A DNA stretch of 64,000 bases from an uncultured delta proteobacterium. Lineage in GTDB: Bacteria > Desulfobacterota > Desulfuromonadia > Geobacterales > DSM-12255. The stretch is from NCBI GenBank assembly GCA_963787125.1, contig CAWBBV010000001.1:160001-224000 (forward strand), given 5' to 3'. The first letter of the stretch is position 1. Every line of letters begins with the position of its first letter. The notes beneath the pieces were generated by a model, which was not told where the DNA came from, did no database searches, and worked only from the letters and a program-made list of their open reading frames with translations. Of this stretch, positions 1 to 10,919 are shown one piece after another. The position numbers and the translations under genes are program-made.

Positions 1-1
1 A

Positions 2-109
2 TGGTCGCCAAAAACCAAGGTCAAAGTCCCAAAAGACTGGGCTGAAGGATATCCTGGTGCCAGGTTTGAGGTCGTGACTCAGATCTGTTGGAGAGAGTGG
101 CTGGAGTAA
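2..109 (+). CDS. C-terminal end of a gene truncated by the window, resembling AAA_14/DUF4143 ATP-binding proteins
   Basis: Frame from nt 2 reads WSPKTKVKVPKDWAEGYPGARFEVVTQICWREWLE*, similar to the KW..K...P..F...YP...F.V C-terminus of DUF4143 proteins. Confidence 0.5.
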   Translation, partial: WSPKTKVKVPKDWAEGYPGARFEVVTQICWREWLE

Positions 110-392
110 ATGAAATCTGACACCTCACTTCACTTTGATCAATGCTTTAATAAGCGCGGACTAAATGTTCCGTTTTGGGCAAGGCTAGGGGGACATTCTT
201 TCTATTTGACTAACTTTGCATAAACTAAAACGGTAAGGTTGGTTGGACGTAGTGAGGTTGGTTGACTCCCATAGACAAGCCGCCAGGCTGCTTGCGCAGT
301 GCTTGATCTGACTTTAGCCCACCATGCCGCTGTTGTAAAAACTGGCGGATAATGTACAATGACTCAGCCGTAACGGATGAACTGGAGCAGCA

Positions 393-617
393 ATGAAGGT
401 GACCTTAAAGATGATCGGAGCATTTCGAATGGGTCGTTTCAAGGATACGCTCCATGACTGCCCACCGGGGACGTGTGTTCAGGACCTGATTGCCGAACTG
501 CAGATTCCGCCAGCTCTTCTGGGGGCTGTGCTTGTCAATGATCTCCATGCAGGCGTCGAATATCTGCTCAATGATGGTGACGTCATAACTTTCTTACCTT
601 TCATGGATGGAGGGTAG
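393..617 (+). CDS. MoaD/ThiS-family sulfur carrier protein
   Basis: 74 aa, C-terminal GG, LNDGDVITF motif, directly upstream of an AOR-family gene. Confidence 0.85.
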   Translation: MKVTLKMIGAFRMGRFKDTLHDCPPGTCVQDLIAELQIPPALLGAVLVNDLHAGVEYLLNDGDVITFLPFMDGG

Positions 618-663
618 TTCCCTTGTCTGGATGTCACTCTGAACTAAATATGGAGTCATCAGT

Positions 664-2496
664 ATGAAATTTTTAGCTACCGACCCCGCCGCTGAACCGG
701 CTTCTGTCCTGTATTCCCGCGCTACTGTCGATCTGAAGAGCGGCAGTATTCAGCTGGAAGATGTCCCCTGCCGCAATCTGGAGGATGTTCTGGGGGGCTT
801 TGGCCGCTCGTTCCAGATTCTGGCCGAGCGGAACATAAGCAGGGCATACTGCGAGGAGAATCCCCTGATTGTCAACACCGGCCTCCTCACCGGCAGCAGC
901 GCCATGACCGGTATGCGCACCTATTTTTCCGGCTACAGTCCGCTGAAGGCGTCGAAGAAGGGGCTGCCGGGAGCCATCTGGTCTACCGGCAGCGGCAATT
1001 TCGGCGCTAAATTAAAGTGGACCGGTCTGGATGAACTGATCTTTGAAAACCGCTCGGATAAACCTGTCTATGCCGTCATCAGGGAGAGTGTTGACGGCCC
1101 GCAGGTCGAGCTGAAACCGGCTGACCATCTGCTGGGACTCTCGACCCACGACAAGATGATGCTCCTGCAGAAGGAGTATGCCAACGCCCATTTTGCGACC
1201 ATCGGTCAGGCCGGGGAGCAGTGGGAGAATGTCTTCATGGCTGGGGTCGCCCTGTCGACCGATAACCAGCTGAAGTCAGGCGAGGACAAGATGCGCTTTG
1301 CCGGGCGCGGCGGCATGGGGAGCCTGATGGGGTACAAGAACATTCTCGCCCTGGTGGCACAGAGCAGTGACAAGCTCAAGCCGTTGACGCCGGAGGTTCA
1401 GAAGGTAAACATCAACGTCGTCAAAGGTGGCGGGTCGGCACGGCTGCAGCCAATCAGCCGGGGGGGCGGTGGTGGCACCTGGGCGGCCTACGATGTTCTC
1501 CAGGTTTTTCATGCCGTGCCGGTGAACAATTTCCGGCCCCAGGGGAACGACCTGCCGGAAAAGCTGTTCCGGGAGAATGTGGAACAGCAGCTGTTCATCA
1601 AATCAGAGGCCTGTTATCGCTGCGGCATCACCTGTCATAACAATATCCACGAAAAAAACGCAGCTGGCGGCAGCGGCAAGTTTCTCGCCAAGTTCGACTA
1701 CGAGCCGCTCAACCTGCTCGGCACCAATATCGGCATTCACGACGCTGTTCAGGTCGCGCGCCTGATTCATCTCTGCGACAATTACGGCATGGATTCAATC
1801 TCCCTTGGGGTGACCATCTCCTATCTGCTCTCTTACAACGAAAGACATCCGGAAAAACCGCTCCTGAACGGCGCCACCTTCGGCGATTTTGCTAAAATAG
1901 AGGAACTTGTCGAGCAGACCGCCCGCGGGAAACTGCCGGAGATCGGACGCGGCTCCAAGCGGCTCTCCGAGGGCACCGGTGAAACCTCCTACGCCTACCA
2001 TGTCAAGGGGCTGGAACTCCCTGCCTATCAACCGGAAACCAATCCGGGGTACGCCTGGGCAATCGCCGGCGGCCATATGTCCATGGGCACTTACGGCCTA
2101 CTGACCCGTGAAGGAAAATCTGATATTGACTCCTGGGTCGAGGGGATAACCAGGACAAAACTGCAGATAGTCGGGTTCGACATGATCGGTCTCTGCAAGT
2201 TTTTCGATATTACCAAGGGGATCTGCACCCAGATGGTGGTGGACTGCCTCAAGAGCGAGTTCAACCTGGCCGTGACTCTGGAAGACCTTGCAGCCTCGGT
2301 TCGCAGGGCTTTTCTCCTCGGGCTGGCCCTTGAGCTCAGGCAAGGCTATGAGAAGAGCGAATACACCCTCCCTGCTGAAGTGTGGGAGCACCCGAACAAG
2401 AACATCAAGCTGCCGAACATTACCAGTCCGGAATTTATGGCAGAACTGCAGAAAAGGGTCTGGGCGGTCTTCGAGCCGGAGCTGGCAAGGCTTTAG
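664..2496 (+). CDS. Aldehyde:ferredoxin oxidoreductase family (tungsto/molybdopterin) enzyme
   Basis: SPL motif, AGRGGMG..MG.KN, CYRCGITC Fe-S ligands, DYE, CDNYGMDSIS, VKGLELP. Confidence 0.88.
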   Translation: MKFLATDPAAEPASVLYSRATVDLKSGSIQLEDVPCRNLEDVLGGFGRSFQILAERNISRAYCEENPLIVNTGLLTGSSAMTGMRTYFSGYSPLKASKKGLPGAIWSTGSGNFGAKLKWTGLDELIFENRSDKPVYAVIRESVDGPQVELKPADHLLGLSTHDKMMLLQKEYANAHFATIGQAGEQWENVFMAGVALSTDNQLKSGEDKMRFAGRGGMGSLMGYKNILALVAQSSDKLKPLTPEVQKVNINVVKGGGSARLQPISRGGGGGTWAAYDVLQVFHAVPVNNFRPQGNDLPEKLFRENVEQQLFIKSEACYRCGITCHNNIHEKNAAGGSGKFLAKFDYEPLNLLGTNIGIHDAVQVARLIHLCDNYGMDSISLGVTISYLLSYNERHPEKPLLNGATFGDFAKIEELVEQTARGKLPEIGRGSKRLSEGTGETSYAYHVKGLELPAYQPETNPGYAWAIAGGHMSMGTYGLLTREGKSDIDSWVEGITRTKLQIVGFDMIGLCKFFDITKGICTQMVVDCLKSEFNLAVTLEDLAASVRRAFLLGLALELRQGYEKSEYTLPAEVWEHPNKNIKLPNITSPEFMAELQKRVWAVFEPELARL

Positions 2497-2526
2497 CCAA
2501 AAAAGACCGGATGCGTCCGATTATGC

Positions 2527-2556
2527 TTGACGCTGCCATACCGATAGCGGTAAATT
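2527..2556 (+). promoter_or_regulatory. Putative sigma70 promoter for the downstream sORF
   Basis: TTGACG (2527-2532), 18-nt spacer, TAAATT (2551-2556). Confidence 0.45.
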
Positions 2557-2603
2557 AACAATCAGGAAGCAGATCAATCGAACCTTTAAAGGAGATAACG
2601 CCA

Positions 2604-2666
2604 ATGTGGACTGAAAGATTTCGTATTCGCCCGGTATCCCACTGCAAGGAAGGTTGCAGTATTTAG
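2604..2666 (+). CDS. 20-aa small ORF MWTERFRIRPVSHCKEGCSI, function unknown
   Basis: Strong RBS AAAGGAG upstream of ATG, own candidate promoter and downstream intrinsic terminator. Confidence 0.55.
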   Translation: MWTERFRIRPVSHCKEGCSI

Positions 2667-2695
2667 CTCGCCAAGATAATTGGCGGGCGAGAAGT

Positions 2696-2730
2696 AAAAA
2701 AGCCCCTGCAGAAATGCAGGGGCTTTTTTT
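2696..2730. terminator. Bidirectional rho-independent terminator
   Basis: A-run, AGCCCCTGCA-GAAA-TGCAGGGGCT perfect stem, T-run; lies between convergent genes. Confidence 0.9.
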
Positions 2731-2764
2731 GTTTTTCAGGTTCTGGCCAGAAGCTCTGTCGTAG

Positions 2765-3286
2765 TCATCTCCAATGATTGTACCTTATCTTATCGCGCTG
2801 CAGACTGCTCTCGGGCTGGCCTGCCTTACTCTCCGCCGGATAACCGATGCCGATCACTGTTTCGACCATGATATTCTCCGGCAGACCGAGCAGGTTACTG
2901 ATAAATTCCGGCGAGCTTTTGCCGCTGTCATGGCTGCGGTTGCGCATCTGTGCCCAGCAGCTGCCAAGACCCAGTGACGCCGCCGTCAGCTGGATAATGA
3001 TTGCCGCGATGGAACAGTCCTCTATCCAGACATCAGACTTTGTACTGTCTGCACAGACAACAACCGCCAGCGGCGCATTGTTGAGAAACCCGGCGCCGTG
3101 CTGCTTCGCTCCGGAGAGCTTTAAGAGCAGTTCGGGATCATCCACCAGAATAAATTCCCACGGATTTAACCCTCGGGATGACGGCGATCTGAGCGCCGCT
3201 TCGATAACTGTTTCGATGAGCTCAGGGGCAACTTTTTCTTTGGTAAACTGGCGGATGCTGCGGCGCTTGCGTAATAGTTCAATCAT
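2765..3286 (-). CDS. Nitroreductase family protein
   Basis: RRSIRQF, SPSSRGLNPWEF and LGLGSCW motifs. Confidence 0.92.
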   Translation of the reverse strand: MIELLRKRRSIRQFTKEKVAPELIETVIEAALRSPSSRGLNPWEFILVDDPELLLKLSGAKQHGAGFLNNAPLAVVVCADSTKSDVWIEDCSIAAIIIQLTAASLGLGSCWAQMRNRSHDSGKSSPEFISNLLGLPENIMVETVIGIGYPAESKAGQPESSLQRDKIRYNHWR

Positions 3287-3458
3287 TGGTTACTCCTTCA
3301 CGGATGATTCTGCTGCCGGACAATAGTAACGCAATTAAGCTCAAGGCCACAACGATTGTCTTTAAATATCTGGACAATCTGACCGATAAATCAATATATT
3401 TGGGCGCACAATGAATTGGCGCTGATCGACACATTTTTTGCTGAGCCGAAGGAGAATC

Positions 3459-4616
3459 ATGAAAACCCTTCATCTTGACTGTCAGGCCGGTATTTCCGGC
3501 GATATGACCGTTGCTGCCCTGCTGGATCTTGGTGTACCGTTGGCTCATCTTGAGGCAGAACTGGCAAAGCTCCCCATACCTTTGGGGGCATATGAACTCT
3601 CTGCTGCGCCGACAAAAAGGCATGGCATTGCTGCCCTCAAATTCGGAGTTTCCGTGCAGGAGCAACATTCTCACCGCCACTACAGCGACATAGTGGAGCT
3701 GATCAACGCCAGCAGCCTTTCAGCGCGGGTAAAGGAGCAATCCGGGAAGATCTTTACACGCCTGGCCGAAGCCGAAGCAAAGGTCCATGGCGTAGCCCTC
3801 GCAGCTGTCCACTTCCATGAAGTCGGTGCGGTTGACTCTATCGTCGATATTGTCGGCACAGCCATCTGCCTTGAATATCTGGGGATTGAAACGGTCAGCG
3901 CTTCCTCGCTGCCGCTCTGCAGCGGTTTTGTACAGTGCGAACACGGCCTTTTGCCGTTGCCGGCACCGGCGACTGCAGATCTTTTGAAGGGGCTGCCGGT
4001 GCATGGCGCCAGCGGCACTGGTGAGCGGGTCACGCCGACCGGTGCGGCGATCGTTGCCACTCTGGCAACACGCTTTGGTGCTGCTCCTGCCATGACGATC
4101 GAAAAAATCGGCTATGGCGCCGGGGAAAAGGATTTTCCTGATCTGCCCAATATCCTTCGCGTCTTTTGCGGCACTGCTGCTCACGCTGCCAGGGGGGAGC
4201 AGATGGTTGTCGTTGAGGTGAACATAGATGATTCAACGCCGGAAGTTCTCGGTTTTACGCTGGAGCGGCTGCTGACTGCGGGGGCGCGCGATGCCTGGTT
4301 TACGCCGATCCAGATGAAGAAGAATCGCCCGGCGGTCATGCTGTCGCTCCTGTCTCCTCCGGAAGATGTTGAGAAGCTTGCTGCTATTATTTTCCGGGAG
4401 ACAACGGCAATCGGTCTGCGGAGTTACCCGGTTGAGCGGCGGACACTGGCACGGCGGCTGGAAACGCGAGACACCGCTTTTGGCACGATAAACTTCAAGG
4501 TGACCACGCATGGCGAGAAGCCGGAGTATGAAGATTGCCGCCGTATCGCCATTGAAAAAGGGATGCCGCTGCGTGAGGTTTACCGGCGCCTTCAGAAAGG
4601 AGCTCCGGAACAATGA
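3459..4616 (+). CDS. larC: Nickel pincer cofactor biosynthesis protein LarC
   Basis: DCQAGISGDM, HFHEVGAVDSIVDIVG, HG.LP.PAPAT, TPTGAA, MKKNRP, KPEYED motifs; RBS AAGGAG before ATG 3459. Confidence 0.93.
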   Translation: MKTLHLDCQAGISGDMTVAALLDLGVPLAHLEAELAKLPIPLGAYELSAAPTKRHGIAALKFGVSVQEQHSHRHYSDIVELINASSLSARVKEQSGKIFTRLAEAEAKVHGVALAAVHFHEVGAVDSIVDIVGTAICLEYLGIETVSASSLPLCSGFVQCEHGLLPLPAPATADLLKGLPVHGASGTGERVTPTGAAIVATLATRFGAAPAMTIEKIGYGAGEKDFPDLPNILRVFCGTAAHAARGEQMVVVEVNIDDSTPEVLGFTLERLLTAGARDAWFTPIQMKKNRPAVMLSLLSPPEDVEKLAAIIFRETTAIGLRSYPVERRTLARRLETRDTAFGTINFKVTTHGEKPEYEDCRRIAIEKGMPLREVYRRLQKGAPEQ

Positions 4617-5062
4617 CCCTGTTTATCAAACTTCTGGCGACCTGGGGGGGGAGCGGCTACTCGCCCTTTGCATCGGGCACTGCCGGGACACTCGCCGCAA
4701 TCCCCTTTTACATCTGCCTTGCCGGGCTGCCACTGCCGCTTTATCTCCTCACGCTGACAGCTTTCTTCTTTCTTGCCTGCTGGGCCTCGGGCAAGGCCGA
4801 GATTATTTTCGAGGAGAAGGATTCCGGCAAAATCGTTATTGATGAGGTGATCGGCTATCTGGTTACCATGACGGCCATCCCTTGTGACTGGCGCTACATT
4901 ATTGCCGGTTTTTTGCTCTTTCGTTTTTTCGATATCGTCAAACCACCGCCGGCCAACTGGTTCGACCAGAAATTAAAAAACGGCTATGGCGTTGTGCTTG
5001 ATGACGTTGCCGCCGGGGTTTACGCCTGGGCGTGCCTCTTTGTGCTGACGAGGTTTTTGTGA
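4613..5062 (+). CDS. pgpA: Phosphatidylglycerophosphatase A
   Basis: GTAGTL, IVIDEV.G, FRFFDI.KP, GVVLDDVAAG motifs. Confidence 0.93.
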   Translation: MTLFIKLLATWGGSGYSPFASGTAGTLAAIPFYICLAGLPLPLYLLTLTAFFFLACWASGKAEIIFEEKDSGKIVIDEVIGYLVTMTAIPCDWRYIIAGFLLFRFFDIVKPPPANWFDQKLKNGYGVVLDDVAAGVYAWACLFVLTRFL

Positions 5063-5553
5063 CCGCTCTGGACCTGAAAGTCACCGGGCTGCTGCGTGGT
5101 TCAGGACTGACTCTCGCCGTTGCCGAGTCGTGCAGTGGCGGCCTGCTTGCCAAGCGGCTCACAGACATGCCGGGCAGTTCCGGATATTTTCTCCTCGGGG
5201 TTGTGACGTATGCCAACAGCGCCAAAGAGAGCGTTCTTGGCATACCCGGGGAGCTGCTGAAGCTGCATGGTGCTGTCAGTAGTGAAGTCGCCATGGCAAT
5301 GGCCTCAGGGGTCAAAGCACTTTCCGGCAGTGACTTTGCCATTGCCACAACAGGGATAGCCGGGCCTGACGGCGGTACTGGGGAGAAACCGGTCGGAACG
5401 GTTTTTATTGCTGTAGCAGGAGCAGATAGCTGCGAAGCGTTCCGCTACTGTTTCAAGGGTGACCGGGGGATGATCCGGGAAGCTACAGCTGAAACCGGGC
5501 TTGAGCTGCTGCTGCAACTGTTGCACCAATCCATGCATAAGGTAATAGCTTGA
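5059..5553 (+). CDS. cinA: CinA C-terminal domain protein / NMN deamidase (PncC-like)
   Basis: AVAESCSGG, GAVS.EVA..MA.G, TTGIAGP.GG...KPVG; GTG start overlaps the pgpA stop; precedes recA. Confidence 0.88.
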   Translation: MTALDLKVTGLLRGSGLTLAVAESCSGGLLAKRLTDMPGSSGYFLLGVVTYANSAKESVLGIPGELLKLHGAVSSEVAMAMASGVKALSGSDFAIATTGIAGPDGGTGEKPVGTVFIAVAGADSCEAFRYCFKGDRGMIREATAETGLELLLQLLHQSMHKVIA

Positions 5554-5617
5554 AAAGCTTTCTGAATGTGTGTTAAAACTTTGCAAATATCTGATATAGC
5601 AATCGAGGAGACAACTG

Positions 5618-6628
5618 ATGCAGGAGAGAGAAAAAGCTATTGAGCTGGCGGTTAGCCAGATAGAAAAACAGTTCGGCAAAGGTTCGATCATGCGTCTTGG
5701 CAACGATCAGCCTCTTCCCGATGTCCCGGCGATCCCCACCGGTGCGCTCTCTCTCGATTTTGCCCTCGGTGTTGGTGGTGTCCCCCGCGGCAGGGTTATT
5801 GAGATTTTCGGCCCGGAATCCTCAGGCAAGACAACTCTTGCCCTCCATATCATCTCCGAAGCCCAGAAACTCGGCGGAATTGCCGCTTTTGTCGATGCCG
5901 AGCACGCGCTTGATATCGGCTATGCCCGAAAGCTTGGAGTCAAGACTGACGATCTGCTGGTTTCCCAGCCTGATACCGGTGAACAGGCGCTGGAAATTAC
6001 TGAAACCCTCGTCCGAAGCGGCGCTATCGATGTCCTGGTTATCGATTCAGTTGCGGCCCTTGTTCCGAAAGCAGAAATTGAAGGTGACATGGGTGATTCG
6101 CACATGGGCTTACAGGCGCGGCTCATGTCCCAGGCCCTCCGGAAACTCACCGGCATTATCTCAAAATCCAACTGCTGCGTAATTTTCATTAATCAGATCA
6201 GGATGAAGATCGGCGTCATGTTCGGCAACCCGGAAACGACCACCGGCGGCAACGCTCTCAAGTTCTACGCGTCGGTCAGAATGGATATCCGCAAAATCGC
6301 CACACTGAAACAGGGGAACGATGTTATCGGCTCGCGCACCAAGGTAAAAGTGGTGAAGAACAAAGTCGCGCCACCCTTCAAAGAGGTCGAATTCGACATC
6401 CTCTACGGCGAAGGGATCTCAAAAGAAGGCGATCTGCTCGACATTGCCGTTGATAAGGGGATCGTTGATAAAAGCGGCGCCTGGTACTCTTACGGCAAAG
6501 ACAGAATCGGTCAGGGCCGGGAGAATACCCGTATTTACATGAAAGAGCGCCCGGAAATGTGCGCAGAAATAAGAGAAAAACTCCTTGTAATACTTAACCT
6601 TCCAGGTGCGGCAGCCATCAAGGAGTAG
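5618..6628 (+). CDS. recA: Recombinase RecA
   Basis: [30 protein letters not shown]. Confidence 0.99.
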   Translation: MQEREKAIELAVSQIEKQFGKGSIMRLGNDQPLPDVPAIPTGALSLDFALGVGGVPRGRVIEIFGPESSGKTTLALHIISEAQKLGGIAAFVDAEHALDIGYARKLGVKTDDLLVSQPDTGEQALEITETLVRSGAIDVLVIDSVAALVPKAEIEGDMGDSHMGLQARLMSQALRKLTGIISKSNCCVIFINQIRMKIGVMFGNPETTTGGNALKFYASVRMDIRKIATLKQGNDVIGSRTKVKVVKNKVAPPFKEVEFDILYGEGISKEGDLLDIAVDKGIVDKSGAWYSYGKDRIGQGRENTRIYMKERPEMCAEIREKLLVILNLPGAAAIKE

Positions 6629-6631
6629 CGG

Positions 6632-7789
6632 ATGGAACTGAACGAAATACTGACCATCGCCGTAAAAGCCAGAGCATCTGATATTCATATCAAGACCGGT
6701 CTCCCGCCTGTTGTCAGGATCGATGGCAAACTCCGCCCGATTCCCAACAGTCACCGGCTTTCCAGTGACGTTGTCATGTTGATGGCGCACTCCATGATGA
6801 ACCAGCGGCAAAGAGAGCAGTTTGACAGTAATTTTGAAGTTGACCTCTCCTATGGTGTCCCGGGGGTTTGTCGTTTCAGGGTAAGCGCTTATCACCAGCG
6901 CGGCAGTGTTGCCATAGTCTTTCGGGCGATCTCTTTCAATATTCCCAGTCTCGAATCTCTCAACCTGCCGCCGATATTGAAGAAAATTGCCATGGAAGAG
7001 CGTGGTCTCATCCTTGTTACCGGCACTACCGGCAGTGGCAAATCTTCAACGCTGGCGGCGATGATTGACTATATCAACGAAAACCGCACCAACAACATCA
7101 TCACAGTCGAAGACCCGGTCGAATTCCTCCATCGTGACAAAAAGAGCATTATCAGCCAGCGGGAAGTCGGTTTCGACACCCTCTCCTTTGCAGCGGCCCT
7201 TAAAGGGGCTTTGCGCCAGGACCCGGACGTTATCCTGGTCGGCGAAATGCGGGATCTGGAGACTATTGAAACCGCTCTCACTGCGGCAGAAACGGGTCAC
7301 CTGGTCATGTCCACTCTCCATACCCTTGATGCGACTGAAACCATCAACAGGATAATTTCGGTATTCCCGCCGTTTCATCAAAGACAGGTAAGAATGCAGC
7401 TCTCGGCGGTCATCAAGGGGGTAATTTCACAACGACTTGTCCCTAAAATTGATGGCAAGGGGCGGGTTCCTGCGGTTGAAGTCATGATCGGCACTGCGCG
7501 GGTCAAAGAGTGTATCGACGACAAGGACAAGACCAAGCAGATCCCTGACGCTATTACGCAGGGCTTCACAACCTACGGGATGCAAACCTTCGATCAGTCG
7601 CTGATGCAGCTCTTCTCGGGCAAATTTATTACTTACGAAGAGGCGCTCAGGCAGTCAACCAATCCGGATGATTTTGCCCTCAAGGTCTCCGGTATCTCTT
7701 CGACTTCAAATAGCTCCTGGGATCAGTTTACCGCGGAAGAACCGGCGGAAGAAACGTCCAATGGCAACTCGAATATTGAAAGGTTCTGA
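6632..7789 (+). CDS. pilT: Type IV pilus retraction ATPase PilT/PilU family
   Basis: ASDIH, GTTGSGKSSTL, EDPVEF, ALRQDPDVILVGEMRD, AETGHLV.STLHT, GMQTFDQ. Confidence 0.92.
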   Translation: MELNEILTIAVKARASDIHIKTGLPPVVRIDGKLRPIPNSHRLSSDVVMLMAHSMMNQRQREQFDSNFEVDLSYGVPGVCRFRVSAYHQRGSVAIVFRAISFNIPSLESLNLPPILKKIAMEERGLILVTGTTGSGKSSTLAAMIDYINENRTNNIITVEDPVEFLHRDKKSIISQREVGFDTLSFAAALKGALRQDPDVILVGEMRDLETIETALTAAETGHLVMSTLHTLDATETINRIISVFPPFHQRQVRMQLSAVIKGVISQRLVPKIDGKGRVPAVEVMIGTARVKECIDDKDKTKQIPDAITQGFTTYGMQTFDQSLMQLFSGKFITYEEALRQSTNPDDFALKVSGISSTSNSSWDQFTAEEPAEETSNGNSNIERF

Positions 7790-8261
7790 AAACCCGTCGG
7801 CCTCTGAGGTCTACTCACGGGCGCTTAATCTGCTTGCCCGCCGTGACCATACGGTTCATGAGCTGAAGCAGAAACTATCCGTAAGGGGCTTTTCCGCTGA
7901 CTCCATAACCACCGCGATTGAAAAACTGAGCGGGCAAAAGCTCCTTGATGACCGACGCTTCGCCGAAAGGTGGGCTGATGCTGCTATCAGAGGCGGTCGT
8001 GGCTACGGTTTAAGGATTTTGCAGGAGTTGCAGCGAAAAGGTGTTTCCCGGGAGATTGCTGCGGAAGTTGTTGCCACGGCAACGGCTGAGCATTTGGAGT
8101 CTGATTCAGTTGCCGCCATCGTTGCCAGAAGATTCGCCGCCTTTGATCCCGCCGGCGCCTCTCAGAAGGAAAAACAGCGCGTATATTCATATCTGCAGCG
8201 CCGCGGATTTTCTATGCAGACCGTAATAAGTTTTTTTATAAATCAGGACAGAGGAGCTTGA
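7761..8261 (+). CDS. recX: Regulatory protein RecX (start codon uncertain, 7761 or 7776)
   Basis: ALNLLARRDHT..EL..KL, LDDRRFA, YLQRRGF; recA-recX-alaS synteny. Confidence 0.9.
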   Translation: MATRILKGSENPSASEVYSRALNLLARRDHTVHELKQKLSVRGFSADSITTAIEKLSGQKLLDDRRFAERWADAAIRGGRGYGLRILQELQRKGVSREIAAEVVATATAEHLESDSVAAIVARRFAAFDPAGASQKEKQRVYSYLQRRGFSMQTVISFFINQDRGA

Positions 8262-8264
8262 CAG

Positions 8265-10898
8265 ATGACAGGCAAAGAGTTGCGGGCAAAATTTCTCGGC
8301 TTTTTTGAAAAGAACGGCCATACGGTAGTTTCAAGCTCTGGACTTGTTCCCCATAACGATCCGACACTTTTGTTTACCAATGCCGGCATGAACCAGTTTA
8401 AAGACTGTTTTCTCGGCATGGAAAAGCGTGATTACCTCCGCGCAGCCAGTTCGCAGAAGTGTGTTCGCGCCGGTGGAAAGCATAACGATTTGGAGAATGT
8501 CGGCAGAACCGCCCGTCACCATACTTTTTTTGAGATGCTCGGCAACTTCTCTTTCGGCGATTACTTCAAAAAAGAGGCAATCGCTTATGCCTGGAGCTTT
8601 TTAACCGAAGAGCTGAAGCTTGACAAGGAGCGTCTCTACGTAACCGTGTACACCGATGATGATGAAGCCGCTGATATCTGGCATCTCCAGGAAAGTGTTG
8701 CCCGTGAGCGGATCTACCGTTTTGGGGAGAAAGACAACTTCTGGTCAATGGGCGATACCGGCCCTTGCGGCCCCTGCAGCGAAATCTTCTGGGACAACGG
8801 CCCGGGCACCGGCTGTGGTGAGCCGGACTGCGCGGTCGGCTGTGACTGCGATCGTTACATGGAGATCTGGAACAATGTCTTCATGCAGTTCAATCGCACG
8901 GCCGACGGTGTATTGCACCCGCTGCCAAAACCTGCCGTGGATACCGGCATGGGGCTTGAGCGGATCTGCACTGTCATGCAGGGGAAAACGTCAAATTATG
9001 ACACGGACCTCCTTCAAGGCATAATCCAGTATGTTGCCAAGCTGGCAGGGAAAAAATATGGCCATGATCCAAAGGACGATGTCTCCCTGCGGGTCATTGC
9101 CGATCACTCCCGGGCAGTAACATTTCTCATCTGCGATGGCGTGCTCCCTTCCAACGAAGGACGAGGCTATGTCCTGCGGCGGATTATGCGGCGGGCGGCC
9201 CGCCACACGAAGATGCTCGGCTTTGCCGAACCGGTTCTCTTCAGAGCTGTTGATGCCGTCAACTCTATCATGGGAGAGGCATTTCCCGAACTGATCGAGC
9301 GCGAAGAGTATGTGAAGAAAGTGATTCAGGCAGAGGAGGAGCGCTTTGCCGAGACCCTCGACAGAGGCCTCGCCATCCTCAATGAGGATATCGCCGGCCT
9401 TAAAAGTAGTGGTGGAACACAGCTTACCGGCGATGCAGTGTTTCGGCTTTATGACACTTTCGGTTTCCCCGTAGACCTGACAGCAGATATCATGGCTGCG
9501 GAGGGGATGACTGTTGATGAGCCGGGCTTCGAGCTCTGCATGGAACGGCAGCGTGCCAAGGCAAGAGAACACTGGAAGGGCTCCGGAGAAGAGGGGATCG
9601 CCGAGATCTTCAAAAAACTCCATAGTGACGGTCTGCGCAGCGAATTTACCGGCTACGACAACAGAGCCGGTTATTCGGTTGTCAGATGGCTGCTGGCAAA
9701 AGGGGCGACTGTCCAGGAAGCGACTGTTGGCGACTATGTCGATCTGATTACCGATGCCTCGCCATTTTATGGGGCTTCAGGCGGGCAGGCAGGCGATAAA
9801 GGCAGCATCTCAACCGGCGGAGCCCACCTTAAAGTGCTTGAAACACTTCGACCATTCACTGACCTGATTGTGCATCGTGCTCTGGTTGAAAGCGGCACCA
9901 TCAAGGTAGGTGAGGCAGTCGATCTGAAAGTCGATGTAGCCGAGCGAACTGCCACAGCAAGAAATCATACTGCCACACATCTACTGCAGTCAGCTCTCCG
10001 CCAGGTTCTCGGCGAGCATGTCAAACAGGCCGGTTCCCTGGTCGAGCCCGAGCGTCTCCGTTTTGATTTCACCCACTTCTTGGCAATGACTTCCAAAGAG
10101 ATAAAGCAGGTCGAAGCGATAGTGAACAGCTTCATCATGGCTAACGACCCGGTGGATTCACGGGAGATGGCGGCGACAGAGGCGATCTCCAGCGGAGCAA
10201 CCGCGCTCTTCGGTGAAAAATATGGCGATAAAGTTCGGGTCGTCAGAGTCGGTGACGTCAGCATGGAACTCTGCGGCGGAACTCACGTAACTGCAGCCGG
10301 CGATATCGGCTTCTTCAAGATTGTCAGTGAGGCCGGCATAGCTGCCGGGGTAAGGCGTATTGAAGCAGTTACGGGCAGTGGCGCAATTAAGTTTATTCAT
10401 GAGCTGGAAAATGAGCGGCAGGATCTGGCCGTACTTGTCAAAGCTGAAGGCGGCGGCATACTGGACAGAGTCGAACGGATACTGGTGCGGCAAAAAGAGC
10501 TCCAGCGTGAAGTCGAGACACTCCGTTCACAACTTAATGCAGGAAAATCAGCCGACCTTTTGGCCGGAATCCGTGAGATCAGCGGCATCAAAACGCTCTC
10601 AGTTGAAGTCATGACAGATGATGTCAAAAAACTCCGTGAACTTGGCGATTCGTTGAAATCTCAACTTGGTTCCGGCATTCTGTCTATCGGCGCAAATATT
10701 GGCGGCAAGGCAACTCTGATTGTTACCGTCAGCAGCGACCTGACCTCACGCTTCAAGGCAGGCGACCTGATTCGGGAAATGGCGCCGATTGTCGGCGGGA
10801 GCGGTGGCGGCAAGCCGGAGATGGCCCAGGCAGGCGGCAGTAAACCGGAAAATCTGGCAGCAGCGCTCGAAAAACTTTATTCCCTTATCGGTTGCTAA
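8265..10898 (+). CDS. alaS: Alanine--tRNA ligase
   Basis: [57 protein letters not shown]. Confidence 0.99.
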   Translation: MTGKELRAKFLGFFEKNGHTVVSSSGLVPHNDPTLLFTNAGMNQFKDCFLGMEKRDYLRAASSQKCVRAGGKHNDLENVGRTARHHTFFEMLGNFSFGDYFKKEAIAYAWSFLTEELKLDKERLYVTVYTDDDEAADIWHLQESVARERIYRFGEKDNFWSMGDTGPCGPCSEIFWDNGPGTGCGEPDCAVGCDCDRYMEIWNNVFMQFNRTADGVLHPLPKPAVDTGMGLERICTVMQGKTSNYDTDLLQGIIQYVAKLAGKKYGHDPKDDVSLRVIADHSRAVTFLICDGVLPSNEGRGYVLRRIMRRAARHTKMLGFAEPVLFRAVDAVNSIMGEAFPELIEREEYVKKVIQAEEERFAETLDRGLAILNEDIAGLKSSGGTQLTGDAVFRLYDTFGFPVDLTADIMAAEGMTVDEPGFELCMERQRAKAREHWKGSGEEGIAEIFKKLHSDGLRSEFTGYDNRAGYSVVRWLLAKGATVQEATVGDYVDLITDASPFYGASGGQAGDKGSISTGGAHLKVLETLRPFTDLIVHRALVESGTIKVGEAVDLKVDVAERTATARNHTATHLLQSALRQVLGEHVKQAGSLVEPERLRFDFTHFLAMTSKEIKQVEAIVNSFIMANDPVDSREMAATEAISSGATALFGEKYGDKVRVVRVGDVSMELCGGTHVTAAGDIGFFKIVSEAGIAAGVRRIEAVTGSGAIKFIHELENERQDLAVLVKAEGGGILDRVERILVRQKELQREVETLRSQLNAGKSADLLAGIREISGIKTLSVEVMTDDVKKLRELGDSLKSQLGSGILSIGANIGGKATLIVTVSSDLTSRFKAGDLIREMAPIVGGSGGGKPEMAQAGGSKPENLAAALEKLYSLIGC

Positions 10899-10919
10899 CA
10901 GTATCGCGGGAAACCATTC

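Noticed and set aside
185..215. GGGGACA.. motif, and TGTCCCC near 14437, possibly REP-like ends
   Set aside because: Too short, with no partner arm or transposase in the window
2636..2660. CCACTG...GGAAGG resembling part of a cobalamin riboswitch
   Set aside because: Other B12-element motifs are absent and there is no co-oriented downstream gene
3459..10898. larC without larB/larE, and pilT between recA and recX
   Set aside because: From recall this is ordinary conserved synteny in this lineage, so not treated as novel
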